Shown here: positions 46,520-55,513 of the stretch, in pieces | Numbering within the stretch: position 1 is the first letter of the stretch | Layout of the letters: every line of letters starts with the position of its first letter | From: Verrucomicrobiota bacterium | GTDB lineage: Bacteria; Verrucomicrobiota; Verrucomicrobiia; Limisphaerales; UBA11358 | Length of the DNA: 64,000 nucleotides | Direction: 5' to 3' | Assembly: GCA_036803685.1 (NCBI GenBank) | Contig: DAIRTX010000008.1 | Coordinates: forward strand, 2,198-66,197 | The notes under the pieces: model-generated | The model's database searches: none | What the model was told of the DNA's origin: nothing | What the model saw: only the letters and a program-made list of their open reading frames with translations | Translations under genes and position numbers: made by a program

Positions 46520-49500
46520 TCAAGGGCTTAAAACGATGCGGTAAAACCGCTGGCCGGACGACGGCAACGGGTCGCTGAGATAGCCGGTGGCACCGATGAA
46601 AGTCACATCACCGGGCAGATTCAGCCAGACCGGGTCGGTGAGATTGGTCTTGTATTGCACCTGATAAGCTTTTCCCGCCGCCAGAGGCCAGGTGAGGGTT
46701 GGATTGGAATTGAAAATGCCGGTGGAAACCAGTTGCACATAAAAGACGGAGGCGTAATTGGTCGCGCCGCCGCCATTGGAAGTCGTCATCGGCAAGGCGG
46801 CGAGGTCGAGCGCGAAGATGTCGCTGCCGTTGTTGAAATCATTGCCGGAAATATCCGACGCCCAGCTTTGGAAAAAGAGCGTCCGGCCGTCAGCACTAAA
46901 GACCGGCTTGAGCGAGCGGTCATCCGCCGTTGAATTGCCGGATGCGTTCACGCTCACGAGGATGATGGCGTTGTTTGAAGCGTCGTAAACGAACAGGTCC
47001 GCGGTATTATTGAAATCAAACGGAACCAGGTTCGTGGCGAAACTGCGGTAGGCGATGAAACGACCGTCTGGACTGATGCTTGGCGAGGCGGAGCTGGCAT
47101 TGGTTATGCCGGTTGAGTTGAAATTCTGCCTGACCAGCAAATTGGTTCCGGCCTGAAAATCGTAGAGATAGACGTTTTGATTCGCCGGGGTGTTGGTCGC
47201 CATGGCGTAAGTCAGAAAGCGCCCGTCGTTGCTGAATCGAAGACCCGCGCAGGATGATAGGAAAATTCCGCCGGAATTGATCGTCACAACGGTTTTCGTC
47301 ACCAAGTCCGCACCAGATAAACTTGATATGGAACTCGACAAATACGCGAGTTTTTGTCCGTTGGGGCTGATGGCAACAACCGAGGACGCGCTTGGGCCAA
47401 AGGTTGCGCTGTTGGTATAAGTCCGAGCGGTCAATTGTGAATTCCAGACGTATAATTGTGTCCCGGCAAGAACTCCTGCTGCCGTGCCGATGAAGGCGAC
47501 GGATCGGCCGTCAGGCGTCATGGACGCCGAATTCACGCCCGTTCCCGAAGTGGCGGAGGTCAGCGCATAATTGGTTCTCGTTTGCAAATCCCGAAAAAAT
47601 AAATTCTCAATGCTACTGCCAAATGAACCGGCGGCCAGATTGGACGCCTTGCTGTGGAACAAGACATAACGTCCGTCCGCACTGATGGTCGGTGAAAACG
47701 AATCACGGTTGCCGGGATGAACTCCGTCTGTGCTGACGCTCACCAGCGCGGTCGTGCCGGCCTGCAAATCGCGGACAAAAACATCCTGCGCCTGGTTGGT
47801 ATCGCCAGCCACGAGATTATCCGCCGAACTGGTAAAGACAACGTAACGGCCATCGCCGGAAATGGCCGGGTCGAATGAAATGTCATCACCGGAAGCGTTG
47901 CCGTTGGTGTTCACGCTCACCAAAATGTTCGTGCCGCCGACCAGGTCGCGCACAAACACATCGCGGCAACCGTTTGTGTCATTGGCCACCAGATTGTCCG
48001 CGTCACTGTAAAACGCGACGAACAGGCCATTGGAACTCGTGGAGAAGGACGTGAGGCCGCTGCTGCCATCGGGTGTCTGCGACAACAATGCAGCGTTGCT
48101 GGCGGAAACCAAAACGGTCGCGCCCGTCGCCACCGTGTGTATGAAGACGTCACGAATTTGGTGGCGGTTGTCGGGCAATAAATTGGCGCAATCAAACACA
48201 ACGACGCTGCCATCGGCGCTGATGGCGGGAACGGCGGTCGAATCCACGCCCACGCCCACACCGTTGGTATCGGCGTCGAGCAATTGTGTAACCCCGGCCT
48301 GCAGGTCACGGACATAAAAATGGTAATCACCAGCCAGCGTGTTGGTGACCAGATTGGAGGCGGAACTGATGAACGCGACGAACTGGCCATTGGATGAGAT
48401 CACCGGCGCGTCGCAAAGGCCGTTTGCCGGAGTGACATTGTCCAAGCTGATGCTCACCAGCGTGTTTGTGCCGGTTTGCGCATCCCAAAGATAGATGGAA
48501 TTGGTGGTGGCGATGGTGGAAGTGGTGAAGTTATTAACCACATACGCGACGAAACGGCCATCGGGTGACAGGGACAAATCGTGGATGAGTTCGTAGGACA
48601 ACCGCGGCACATAGGCATTGGTGTTGATGATGTCATTCAAACCAGTCTGCAAACTGTAACGCAAAATGATTCCATTTGCGGAGGAAGTGCCCGGAGAATT
48701 CGTGCAAGCTTCGAACGCAACAAACTGGCCATCGTCACTGATGCTGTAATTGCAACAAACGATATTCGTGCTGCCGGTCGCTGATTGAAAAATGGCCCGC
48801 GCGTTGGTGCTGGCCCAAATGGTATTCCCGGCAACCAAGTCGCGAACGTAAATTTCACCGGTGGTCATTACATCGGAGACAAGATTGGTGGCAGTGCTGT
48901 AAAACACAACGTAACGTCCGTCCGGCGTGATTTCCGGTGATTCCGAGCTGCCGGTGCTGGATCTGGTTAGCGGATTTGTAATGACGGTGGCGCCGACACT
49001 GGCCAACGTCGTCGTGCTCGCCTGTAAATCCCGAACGAAAACGTCAGGGATGTTGTTGGTGTCACCCGCGACCAGATTGGAAGCCATGCAGACAAAGGCA
49101 ACATAACGTCCGTCCGGCGTCATCACCGAGCCTCGCGAGGCTCCGCTGGCGTTGCCGCCGTTGGTGCTGACACTCACCAGCGTCGTGGTGCCGTTGATCA
49201 AATCGCGAACAAAAATATCGCTGGCATTATTCGTATCGTTGGCGACCAGATCGCTCGCGCTGCTTTCAAACAAGGCGAACTGTCCGTTCGTCGAAATTCC
49301 CGCAGGAAAGGAATCTCCATTGCCACCGCCGGTCCCGTTTTGGCTGACACTGACCAAGGTGGTTGTCTGGCTGATGCGATCCCGAAGAAACACATTGAAC
49401 CGGCAGGGAAGCACGGAATTATTGTTGTTCGTCAGTGTCAGGTTATTTGCCGTGCTGGCGAACAAAACATAGCGCCCGTCCTTGCTGATGATTGAAAGTC

Positions 49501-49684
49501 CTGAATCCCCGCTGCCACCGAGCTTGGGTGGAAAAGAAGATCCGCTTGCGGATACGAGTTGCACTGCGGCTGCCGAATCACAACTGAAGGCAATCAAGCC
49601 GTAAACGAGCATGCAAAACAAGCAATGTTTAGTTGCAGCACTCATTGAATATAGCATTAGATGGATAGGGCACCGCATTGTCAA
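46520..49684 (-). CDS. giant secreted PD40/TolB-like beta-propeller repeat protein (probable start at 49645)
   Basis: 1054 aa with about 14 diverged repeats of the form DGRYV.F.S.ASNLV.GDTN...DVFVRDL, and a C-terminal ...YQVQYKTNLTDPVWLNL...RFYRIVLSP module. Confidence 0.8.
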   Translation of the reverse strand: MTMRCPIHLMLYSMSAATKHCLFCMLVYGLIAFSCDSAAAVQLVSASGSSFPPKLGGSGDSGLSIISKDGRYVLFASTANNLTLTNNNNSVLPCRFNVFLRDRISQTTTLVSVSQNGTGGGNGDSFPAGISTNGQFALFESSASDLVANDTNNASDIFVRDLINGTTTLVSVSTNGGNASGASRGSVMTPDGRYVAFVCMASNLVAGDTNNIPDVFVRDLQASTTTLASVGATVITNPLTRSSTGSSESPEITPDGRYVVFYSTATNLVSDVMTTGEIYVRDLVAGNTIWASTNARAIFQSATGSTNIVCCNYSISDDGQFVAFEACTNSPGTSSANGIILRYSLQTGLNDIINTNAYVPRLSYELIHDLSLSPDGRFVAYVVNNFTTSTIATTNSIYLWDAQTGTNTLVSISLDNVTPANGLCDAPVISSNGQFVAFISSASNLVTNTLAGDYHFYVRDLQAGVTQLLDADTNGVGVGVDSTAVPAISADGSVVVFDCANLLPDNRHQIRDVFIHTVATGATVLVSASNAALLSQTPDGSSGLTSFSTSSNGLFVAFYSDADNLVANDTNGCRDVFVRDLVGGTNILVSVNTNGNASGDDISFDPAISGDGRYVVFTSSADNLVAGDTNQAQDVFVRDLQAGTTALVSVSTDGVHPGNRDSFSPTISADGRYVLFHSKASNLAAGSFGSSIENLFFRDLQTRTNYALTSATSGTGVNSASMTPDGRSVAFIGTAAGVLAGTQLYVWNSQLTARTYTNSATFGPSASSVVAISPNGQKLAYLSSSISSLSGADLVTKTVVTINSGGIFLSSCAGLRFSNDGRFLTYAMATNTPANQNVYLYDFQAGTNLLVRQNFNSTGITNASSASPSISPDGRFIAYRSFATNLVPFDFNNTADLFVYDASNNAIILVSVNASGNSTADDRSLKPVFSADGRTLFFQSWASDISGNDFNNGSDIFALDLAALPMTTSNGGGATNYASVFYVQLVSTGIFNSNPTLTWPLAAGKAYQVQYKTNLTDPVWLNLPGDVTFIGATGYLSDPLPSSGQRFYRIVLSP

Positions 49685-50009
49685 TTATTAACTTGCTGGA
49701 TTTTTGATTTGAGCCAGCAAACAACACCAACATAGCGAATGGGAGCGCAGCCGGGTTTTCATTTTGGTTTTTGTCAGAACAAGCACAACGGGATTGTTGA
49801 ATGAGGGGTATCAGTTCATAAACTCGAAAAAACTCGCCGATCCTTAAAGCCATTTTCCAAAACCCACGAGGATTTGCAGGGGAAACAACTTGGTTCGCTC
49901 AAGAGAGCAACCGATTGGGGACGCGTCTGAATTATTTTAAAGAAATTGGAGTATTGGCGTAATGATCAGACGGGTTTCAATTTTCCATTACTCCGTCACT
50001 CATCTTCCA

Positions 50010-50993
50010 TTATCCGCCCACTTCCGCCTTCGCTTCGGCGGCCAAGGGCGTGCTGAGGTAACGTTCGCCCGTGGACGGCGCGATGGTGACGATCAGCTTG
50101 CCCTTGTTTTCAGGACGTTTGGCAACTTGAATCGCCGCCCAGACGTTCGCGCCAGATGAAATGCCGCACAAAATTCCCTCTTCCTTGGCCAGCCGCCGCG
50201 CCATGGCAAATGCGTCGTCGTTGGCGACTAGAATGGATTCCTTGATCAGCGGATTGCCCTTCTCATCCTTCAAATGCAGGTTCTTGGGGATAAACCCGGC
50301 ACCCAATCCCTGAATTTTATGAGGACCGGGCTTCAACGGCTGGCCGGCAAGTGTTTGCGCAATAACCGGCGAATCCTTCGGATCCACCGCAATGGCTTCA
50401 AAGGACGGTTTGCGCGCTTTGATCACCTCCACACAACCGGTAATGGTGCCGCCTGTTCCTACACCCGCGACCAAAATGTCCACCTTGCCATCCGTGTCGG
50501 CCCAAATTTCCTCCGCCGTGGTTTTGCGATGAATTTCCACGTTGGCCGGATTTTCAAACTGCTGCGGAATCCAGGCGTTCGGCGTTTCTTTGGCGAGCTG
50601 TTCCGCGCGGGCAATCGCGCCCTTCATGCCTTCTGCACCGGGCGTCAAAACCAGTTTCGCGCCGAGCATCGCCAAAAGCGTGCGGCGTTCCAGCGACATC
50701 GTTTCGGGCATGGTCAAAATGATTTTGTAACCCTTGGCCGCCGCGACGAATGCGAGTGAAATGCCGGTGTTGCCGCTCGTCGGCTCGATAATGACGGTTT
50801 CTTTCTTGAGGATGCCGCGTTTCTCGGCGTCCTCAATCATCGCCATGCCGATGCGATCTTTGACGCTGCTGAGCGGGTTGAAAAACTCGCACTTGAGGAG
50901 AATCGTGGCGTGCAGTCCGGCGGTGACTTTGTTTAATCTGACCAGCGGGGTGTGCCCGACGGTTTCGACGATGTTGTTATAAATGCGTCCCAT
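50010..50993 (-). CDS. cysK: cysteine synthase A (O-acetylserine sulfhydrylase)
   Basis: Taken from the internal ATG: [23 protein letters not shown]...[11 protein letters not shown]...[10 protein letters not shown]...[10 protein letters not shown]. Confidence 0.9.
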   Translation of the reverse strand: MGRIYNNIVETVGHTPLVRLNKVTAGLHATILLKCEFFNPLSSVKDRIGMAMIEDAEKRGILKKETVIIEPTSGNTGISLAFVAAAKGYKIILTMPETMSLERRTLLAMLGAKLVLTPGAEGMKGAIARAEQLAKETPNAWIPQQFENPANVEIHRKTTAEEIWADTDGKVDILVAGVGTGGTITGCVEVIKARKPSFEAIAVDPKDSPVIAQTLAGQPLKPGPHKIQGLGAGFIPKNLHLKDEKGNPLIKESILVANDDAFAMARRLAKEEGILCGISSGANVWAAIQVAKRPENKGKLIVTIAPSTGERYLSTPLAAEAKAEVGG

Positions 50994-51039
50994 AAATTTT
51001 GTAAATCGGTTTAATTGACATTGCGAATGCAAATTTCAT

Positions 51040-51300
51040 CCGAAAGCGAAACGGGAGCAAGTATTTTTTTGCTCTTCTCGTCCTCGCGTTCTCGTGGGCG
51101 CATCCGGCCATCACCACCAAGACACGAGGCCGCCCCGACTGTGGAACGCCGGATTCATCCGGCAGGCGGGCGAATTGCGTGTGGACTGCCGGATGAATCC
51201 GGCGTTCCGGTGACAGTGCCTCAAGATGCGCCCCGTCCTCGTCCTCGTCCTCGACTTGGGGATGGTTCCCGGTTCGATGTTCGGCGTTTGATGTTGGATG
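51040..51300. repeat. Cluster of three REP-type modules upstream of cysK
   Basis: The cluster contains a perfect 23-bp-arm palindrome, GGAACGCCGGATTCATCCGGCAG ... CTGCCGGATGAATCCGGCGTTCC. It also has CGTCCTCGTCCTCGTCCTCG (the same family as the rlmN insert) and a GTTCGATGTT...GATGTTGGATG module. Confidence 0.75.
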
Positions 51301-52200
51301 CCTGCTCGCGCGATAGCGGAGTTCAATGTTGCTTCCCAAGAAACAATAAGTCCCTGCCCGGCCTTTCGGTCGAGCAGGGACAAATGGGGGATGGGAGTGC
51401 GCCAAGCTCTCTTTCCCATGCCGACATTAGGCACGCCCCTTTCGGGGGCTGTCAGCTTCCCGACGCCATTCTCCACGGCAAGCGGAGTCTTCGGCCTCGT
51501 GGCAGGGCCGTCCAGTGCCTTGCGGCCGCTGGATTTCGAGTGAGGCTTTTCAGCCTGCTTGAACTGATGGTTGCGCCACCAGCTTGCAAACCAGATGAAG
51601 ACACATCTGTGATTTGATCTTCGCGTCTTCACCACTTAGCACCGGGTCAGCCACCGCTTTTGACGGTGCGTTCGCCCGATACCACGGGTCTCGCCTCTTC
51701 ACTCTCAGGTTGCCTTTTGCTCACAGCCCAGCGGTGTCGTTTTTAACATCGCCGACGCTTGGAAGGTTTTCACGCAGCCTGTCGAGCCGTCGTGTCCTTC
51801 CCGGTGCGAACGCTCATTTTGTCCCGCCTTTCGGCGTCTTTCTTTTGGCTGATCCCGTTTTTTGCGTGACCGCCAGAGTCGCCCGTCCGTGCTGATGCGC
51901 AGTAGCAACCGGATACCCTCTGGGTAACTGCGATTCGCCCAGGCTCGAAACCGGCCTGAACTACTTGACCCGGCTCGGAGCGGCTTCTCATCGCCCCTCG
52001 CCGCCAAGTCCCTCATTCGCATTTGACGGTGTGCGAACACCGCCAGAGGAACTGGTGAATTCTGCCTCCTCATCATACCTTTCGATCCAACTTCAGAGGA
52101 GCCGGGCCAACCAGCCTGACCCGACCTTTCCCCAGTCACCTGGGATTATCCTGAAACGGACAACTCAACCTTTCGATCTTTACCGTCCGCTTCGTTCTTT
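51300..52200 (-). ncRNA. candidate large structured non-coding RNA (unclassified; boundaries approximate)
   Basis: About 0.9 kb with no credible ORF on either strand, since all track ORFs here are Arg/Ser/Pro-rich wrong-frame products. On the minus strand several hairpins are capped by GAAA tetraloops: AGGCT-GAAA-AGCCT (51543-51556), CCCC-GAAA-GGGG (51436-51447), CGCC-GAAA-GGCG (51825-51836), and the long stem GTCCCTGC...GAAA...GCAGGGAC (51350-51381). Confidence 0.25.
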
Positions 52201-52420
52201 CAATGAACTGTGAACATCATAACTCAAATCCCCAAACCGGCAACGAATTGATATGCACAGTTTGTTCACCGAAAACGACCCGTGAACAACGTGCGAACAA
52301 CTCGAATCAGCCAATGGAATCAGACTGTTCGCTCAATTTGAACGAAGAATTATTCACCGATTTTTCACCGGAAATTCCGCGCGGTGAAGAAGTTTGTGTT
52401 TTGAAGAATTTAAAAATATG

Positions 52421-52455
52421 CGCAAAAACAAAAAAGGCCACCCGTTCGGATGGCC
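52421..52455 (-). terminator. rho-independent terminator after the small basic ORF
   Basis: The minus-strand hairpin GGCCATCC-GAAC-GGGTGGCC (one G.U pair, which is a C/A mismatch on the plus strand) is followed by TTTTTTGTTTTTG. Confidence 0.7.
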
Positions 52456-52480
52456 TTTTGATTTCCCGGAAGATTTGCGC

Positions 52481-52594
52481 TCAAGTCGCAGGTTTGGACT
52501 TCGCGGTTTTTTTTGTTTTCGCCGCCATCTTTTTGCGTTTGATGTAGCTTTTCCGGCGTTTTCGATTTTCAACTTTGTTGGATTGTCTGCCCAT
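52481..52594 (-). CDS. very small, highly basic protein (37 aa)
   Basis: MGRQSNKVENRKRRKSYIKRKKMAAKTKKTAKSKPAT is Lys/Arg-rich (ribosome- or nucleoid-associated type). It has its own terminator. The identity is unknown. Confidence 0.3.
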   Translation of the reverse strand: MGRQSNKVENRKRRKSYIKRKKMAAKTKKTAKSKPAT

Positions 52595-52640
52595 AAGTGT
52601 CTTTACTTTGTTCACGAGTTGAGGTTTTGTGAGGCCCACT

Positions 52641-53168
52641 ATGAAAGTTTTGGCGCGACGATTCAACATCTATTTGGCGCTGGCATTCCTGCTGGGACTG
52701 GCTTGCGGCTGCCAGACCGGCAAGAAACCGCTGACCGCAGCCCTGCGTGTGCACATCGAAACCAGTCCCGATCCCACCGGCACGAGCCAGAACATTTCCA
52801 TGCTTCGCTCCGACCCCGTGCTCATCACCATCAAACGGGAACCGATTTTGACCGAAGCCAACATCGTGCTTGCCAAAGTCATTGACAATCTGGGTGATTT
52901 TGCCCTGGAGATTAAATTTGACGAAAATGGCACGTGGCTGCTCGAACAATATTCCGCCGCCAATCCAGGAGGTCATTTCGTCATTTGGGGTCAATGGAGC
53001 GAAAAGCCGGTTGACAGCCGTTGGCTCGCCGCACCAATCATCACCCACCGTATCAGTAACGGCGTGCTGTCATTTAACGTTGATATTTCTTCCCGTGAGG
53101 AAGCTGATCAATTTGTACTCGGTCTCAACAACGCCGCGAAGAAAATCCGCAAGCATTTTCTAAAATGA
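52641..53168 (+). CDS. hypothetical lipoprotein
   Basis: MKVLARRFNIYLALAFLLGLACGC is a lipobox. The 175-aa gene is translationally coupled (ATGA overlap) to the M23 peptidase gene. Confidence 0.55.
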   Translation: MKVLARRFNIYLALAFLLGLACGCQTGKKPLTAALRVHIETSPDPTGTSQNISMLRSDPVLITIKREPILTEANIVLAKVIDNLGDFALEIKFDENGTWLLEQYSAANPGGHFVIWGQWSEKPVDSRWLAAPIITHRISNGVLSFNVDISSREEADQFVLGLNNAAKKIRKHFLK

Positions 53169-54196
53169 TTTTTCCCGCTGTTGACCACGCCATTTTTCCC
53201 GCCGTCGCGCTGTCCCTGGGATTTGGCGCCAGCCTTTTTGCGCAACAGCCGTTCCAATTTCCCACCGCCAATCACGCCTTGTATGAAATCGGAAACGAAT
53301 TGAAATTTTTTGTCCCGACTGCGTCCGACAAACCGTGGACGACCGGCAGTTTCGGTTGCGTGCGCACTGATGGCCGGCAAATGCACGAGGGACTCGACAT
53401 CCGCTGCCTTCAGCGCGACCGGCACGGCGAGCCGACCGATCCCGTCATGGCCGCCGCCGATGGCACGGTGGTTTATTTTAGCACGAAACCGTCGCTGTCG
53501 AATTTCGGCAATTACATCGTCGTGCGCCACGTCATTGAAGGTCTTGAAATTTATTCGCTCTACGCGCATCTGAAGGAAATTCGGCCCGGCTTGAAAATAG
53601 GCCGGCAAGTCAAAGCCGGCGAAGCCATCGCCACTATGGGCCGCTCGTCAAACACCGGCGAAACCATCACCAAGGACCGCGCCCATGTGCATTTTGAATT
53701 GAACCTGCTCGTCAACGACAATTTTGCCGGCTGGCATAAAAAAACTTTTCCCAACCAGCGCAACGACCACGGCGAATGGAACGGCCAGAACCTCGACGGC
53801 CTCGACCCGCGTGAAATCCTGCTCACCGAACACAACCCCGTCACAAAATTCAGTCTGTCGAATTTTATCCGCAGCCAGACCGAACTTTGCCGCGTGTTCG
53901 TCCGCTCGACCAACTTTCCGTATCTGAAACGCTACGCGGCGCTGGTTCTTCCAAATCCCAAGGCTGAAAAAGAAGGCGTGGCCGGTTACGAAATCACCCT
54001 GAATTACAATGGCGTGGCGTTCGCCCTGATGTCACGTGCCGCCTCGGAAATCCCAGGCAAGGCCCGGTTCCAACTGCTTTCCGTCAATGAAGCTGAAGCC
54101 AGGGCCAATCCCTGCCGCCACCTCGTTGTTCGGCGCGGCAGTCGCTGGCAATTGACCGACAGTGGCATCCGCGAATTGGAATTGCTGACGTATTGA
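53165..54196 (+). CDS. M23 (LytM) family metallopeptidase
   Basis: 343 aa with HEGLDIRC...DGTVVY...GNYIVVRH...YSLYAHL...AHVHFEL. Confidence 0.8.
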   Translation: MIFPAVDHAIFPAVALSLGFGASLFAQQPFQFPTANHALYEIGNELKFFVPTASDKPWTTGSFGCVRTDGRQMHEGLDIRCLQRDRHGEPTDPVMAAADGTVVYFSTKPSLSNFGNYIVVRHVIEGLEIYSLYAHLKEIRPGLKIGRQVKAGEAIATMGRSSNTGETITKDRAHVHFELNLLVNDNFAGWHKKTFPNQRNDHGEWNGQNLDGLDPREILLTEHNPVTKFSLSNFIRSQTELCRVFVRSTNFPYLKRYAALVLPNPKAEKEGVAGYEITLNYNGVAFALMSRAASEIPGKARFQLLSVNEAEARANPCRHLVVRRGSRWQLTDSGIRELELLTY

Positions 54197-54290
54197 ATTG
54201 CTAATTCCGCTGTCGTCCGTCATTCGCCATTACGCGCGTGTTGAAGGAACGATTGCGTCCTTGCGGAAGAGAATGCTCCGCCGGCACACG

Positions 54291-55226
54291 TCAAACTTCG
54301 GCCAGCGCGCGGTTCATCCGCTCAACCGCTTCGTCAATTTGTTGTGTGCTGGTGAAGCCGATGACCACGGCGTCAATTTCCTTGCAGGCCATCGCAAAGC
54401 GGATGGATTTTTCCCGGTCGGCCGGGTCGGTGAAACTGCCGTTGCCAATGATCTTCATGCCAATCACGCCCCTGCCCTTCTCGTGCATGGTTTTGATTTC
54501 CCGCATTACCGGTGTGATGTCGTTATGAAGCTCGCCGCTCCAGTCCGCCTTCATGCCGTCGGTGTGATTGCCCTGCGGGTTCACCCGCACCAGATGCACC
54601 TCGGTCCAATCGCTGGCGGTGGCGGCGCGCAACGCGGGCAGCGTGTGACAGGAAACGCCCTTGGCACGGATCCATTTCTTCTCCTTGGCCTCGTTGAAGG
54701 CATCCATGACACGCTTCCATTCGTCAGTCCAGGCGTCCCGCGTCATGCAATGAACCAGCAGGCTGTCAATGTAGTCCGTATTGAATGTCTTGCGGTGGCG
54801 GTCAATCGTGGCCAGCACGTCGTCCGGCTTGCCAGGGATTTTGGATTGAATGAAAAGTTTTTCGCGCGGCAGTCCCTTGATGGCGTCGCCAATCCAAGTG
54901 AACGTTGCGTAGGTCTGGGAGGTATCAAAATAAGTGATGCCCTGGTCGTAGGCATAATGGATGAGTTTGTTGAAGTCATCCTTGCCGAGCGCAGTCTGGA
55001 TCTGGCCGTTGTCGCTGCCGGTGCCAAAACCCAGCCGGCTGAGTTTGATGCCGGTCTTGCCCAGCGTCACCTGGTCCACCGCGGTGCGTTTGCCGGCGGG
55101 AGCGGCGGCGGCGCGGACGCTGGACAGCACCCACGGCGACAGCAACGCGGTGCCGGCCAGTACGGCGGAAGTCCGGATAAACTGGCGGCGATTAAGTTCG
55201 TGGCGTTTCATGTGTGAATTCTTCAT
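54291..55226 (-). CDS. aldo/keto reductase with twin-arginine signal
   Basis: The Tat-type signal is NRRQFIRTSAVLAGTALL and the body is AKR-like (GITYFDTSQTY...). The start may be the ATG at 55211. Confidence 0.75.
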   Translation of the reverse strand: MKNSHMKRHELNRRQFIRTSAVLAGTALLSPWVLSSVRAAAAPAGKRTAVDQVTLGKTGIKLSRLGFGTGSDNGQIQTALGKDDFNKLIHYAYDQGITYFDTSQTYATFTWIGDAIKGLPREKLFIQSKIPGKPDDVLATIDRHRKTFNTDYIDSLLVHCMTRDAWTDEWKRVMDAFNEAKEKKWIRAKGVSCHTLPALRAATASDWTEVHLVRVNPQGNHTDGMKADWSGELHNDITPVMREIKTMHEKGRGVIGMKIIGNGSFTDPADREKSIRFAMACKEIDAVVIGFTSTQQIDEAVERMNRALAEV

Positions 55227-55513
55227 GGATGAATCCTTTCCAAGGATGGCCGGCGATAAATTTTCACAGGCCGCGCGGTAAAACGCCGTTGGCTGGCCAT
55301 CTGACCGTTTCGTGACATCAGGCTTACTATTAACACCGACAAATTAAACTTCAACCAGGATTTAAATTCCATTCGACGGAGACCGCCCGGCAAAGCGCGT
55401 CATTTTCGTGTCAGCCCGCTGGATGGCACCATGGCCTTGGCCCGGCGGCCAGGAATTTGATCCTGACGTTGCCTGACGATGCGCTTGGTTTCCCGGCCCG
55501 CGCCAGCTAAGTT

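Noticed and set aside
46520-49684. Considered the periodic similarity inside the large ORF as a tandem DNA repeat or satellite.
   Set aside because: The periodicity is at the protein level, from diverged PD40 blades (DGRYV.F.S.ASNLV.GDTN..DVFVRDL) with low nucleotide identity between units. It is an ordinary repeat-domain protein.
51300-52200. Tested the ORF-free region as RNase P RNA, tmRNA, SRP RNA, a group II intron, or a cobalamin, SAM or SAH riboswitch.
   Set aside because: On either strand there is no GAGGAAAGUCC or ACAGAA..GGCUUA (RNase P). There is no T-arm plus CCA end or tag ORF (tmRNA), and no GGAAGCAGCC helix-8 motif (SRP). There is no GUGYG 5' end with a convincing domain V, since the GAGCCGG...CCGGUUU candidate at about 51945-51975 lacks the upper helix and GNRA loop. 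No riboswitch core motifs were seen either, so the region is left unclassified.
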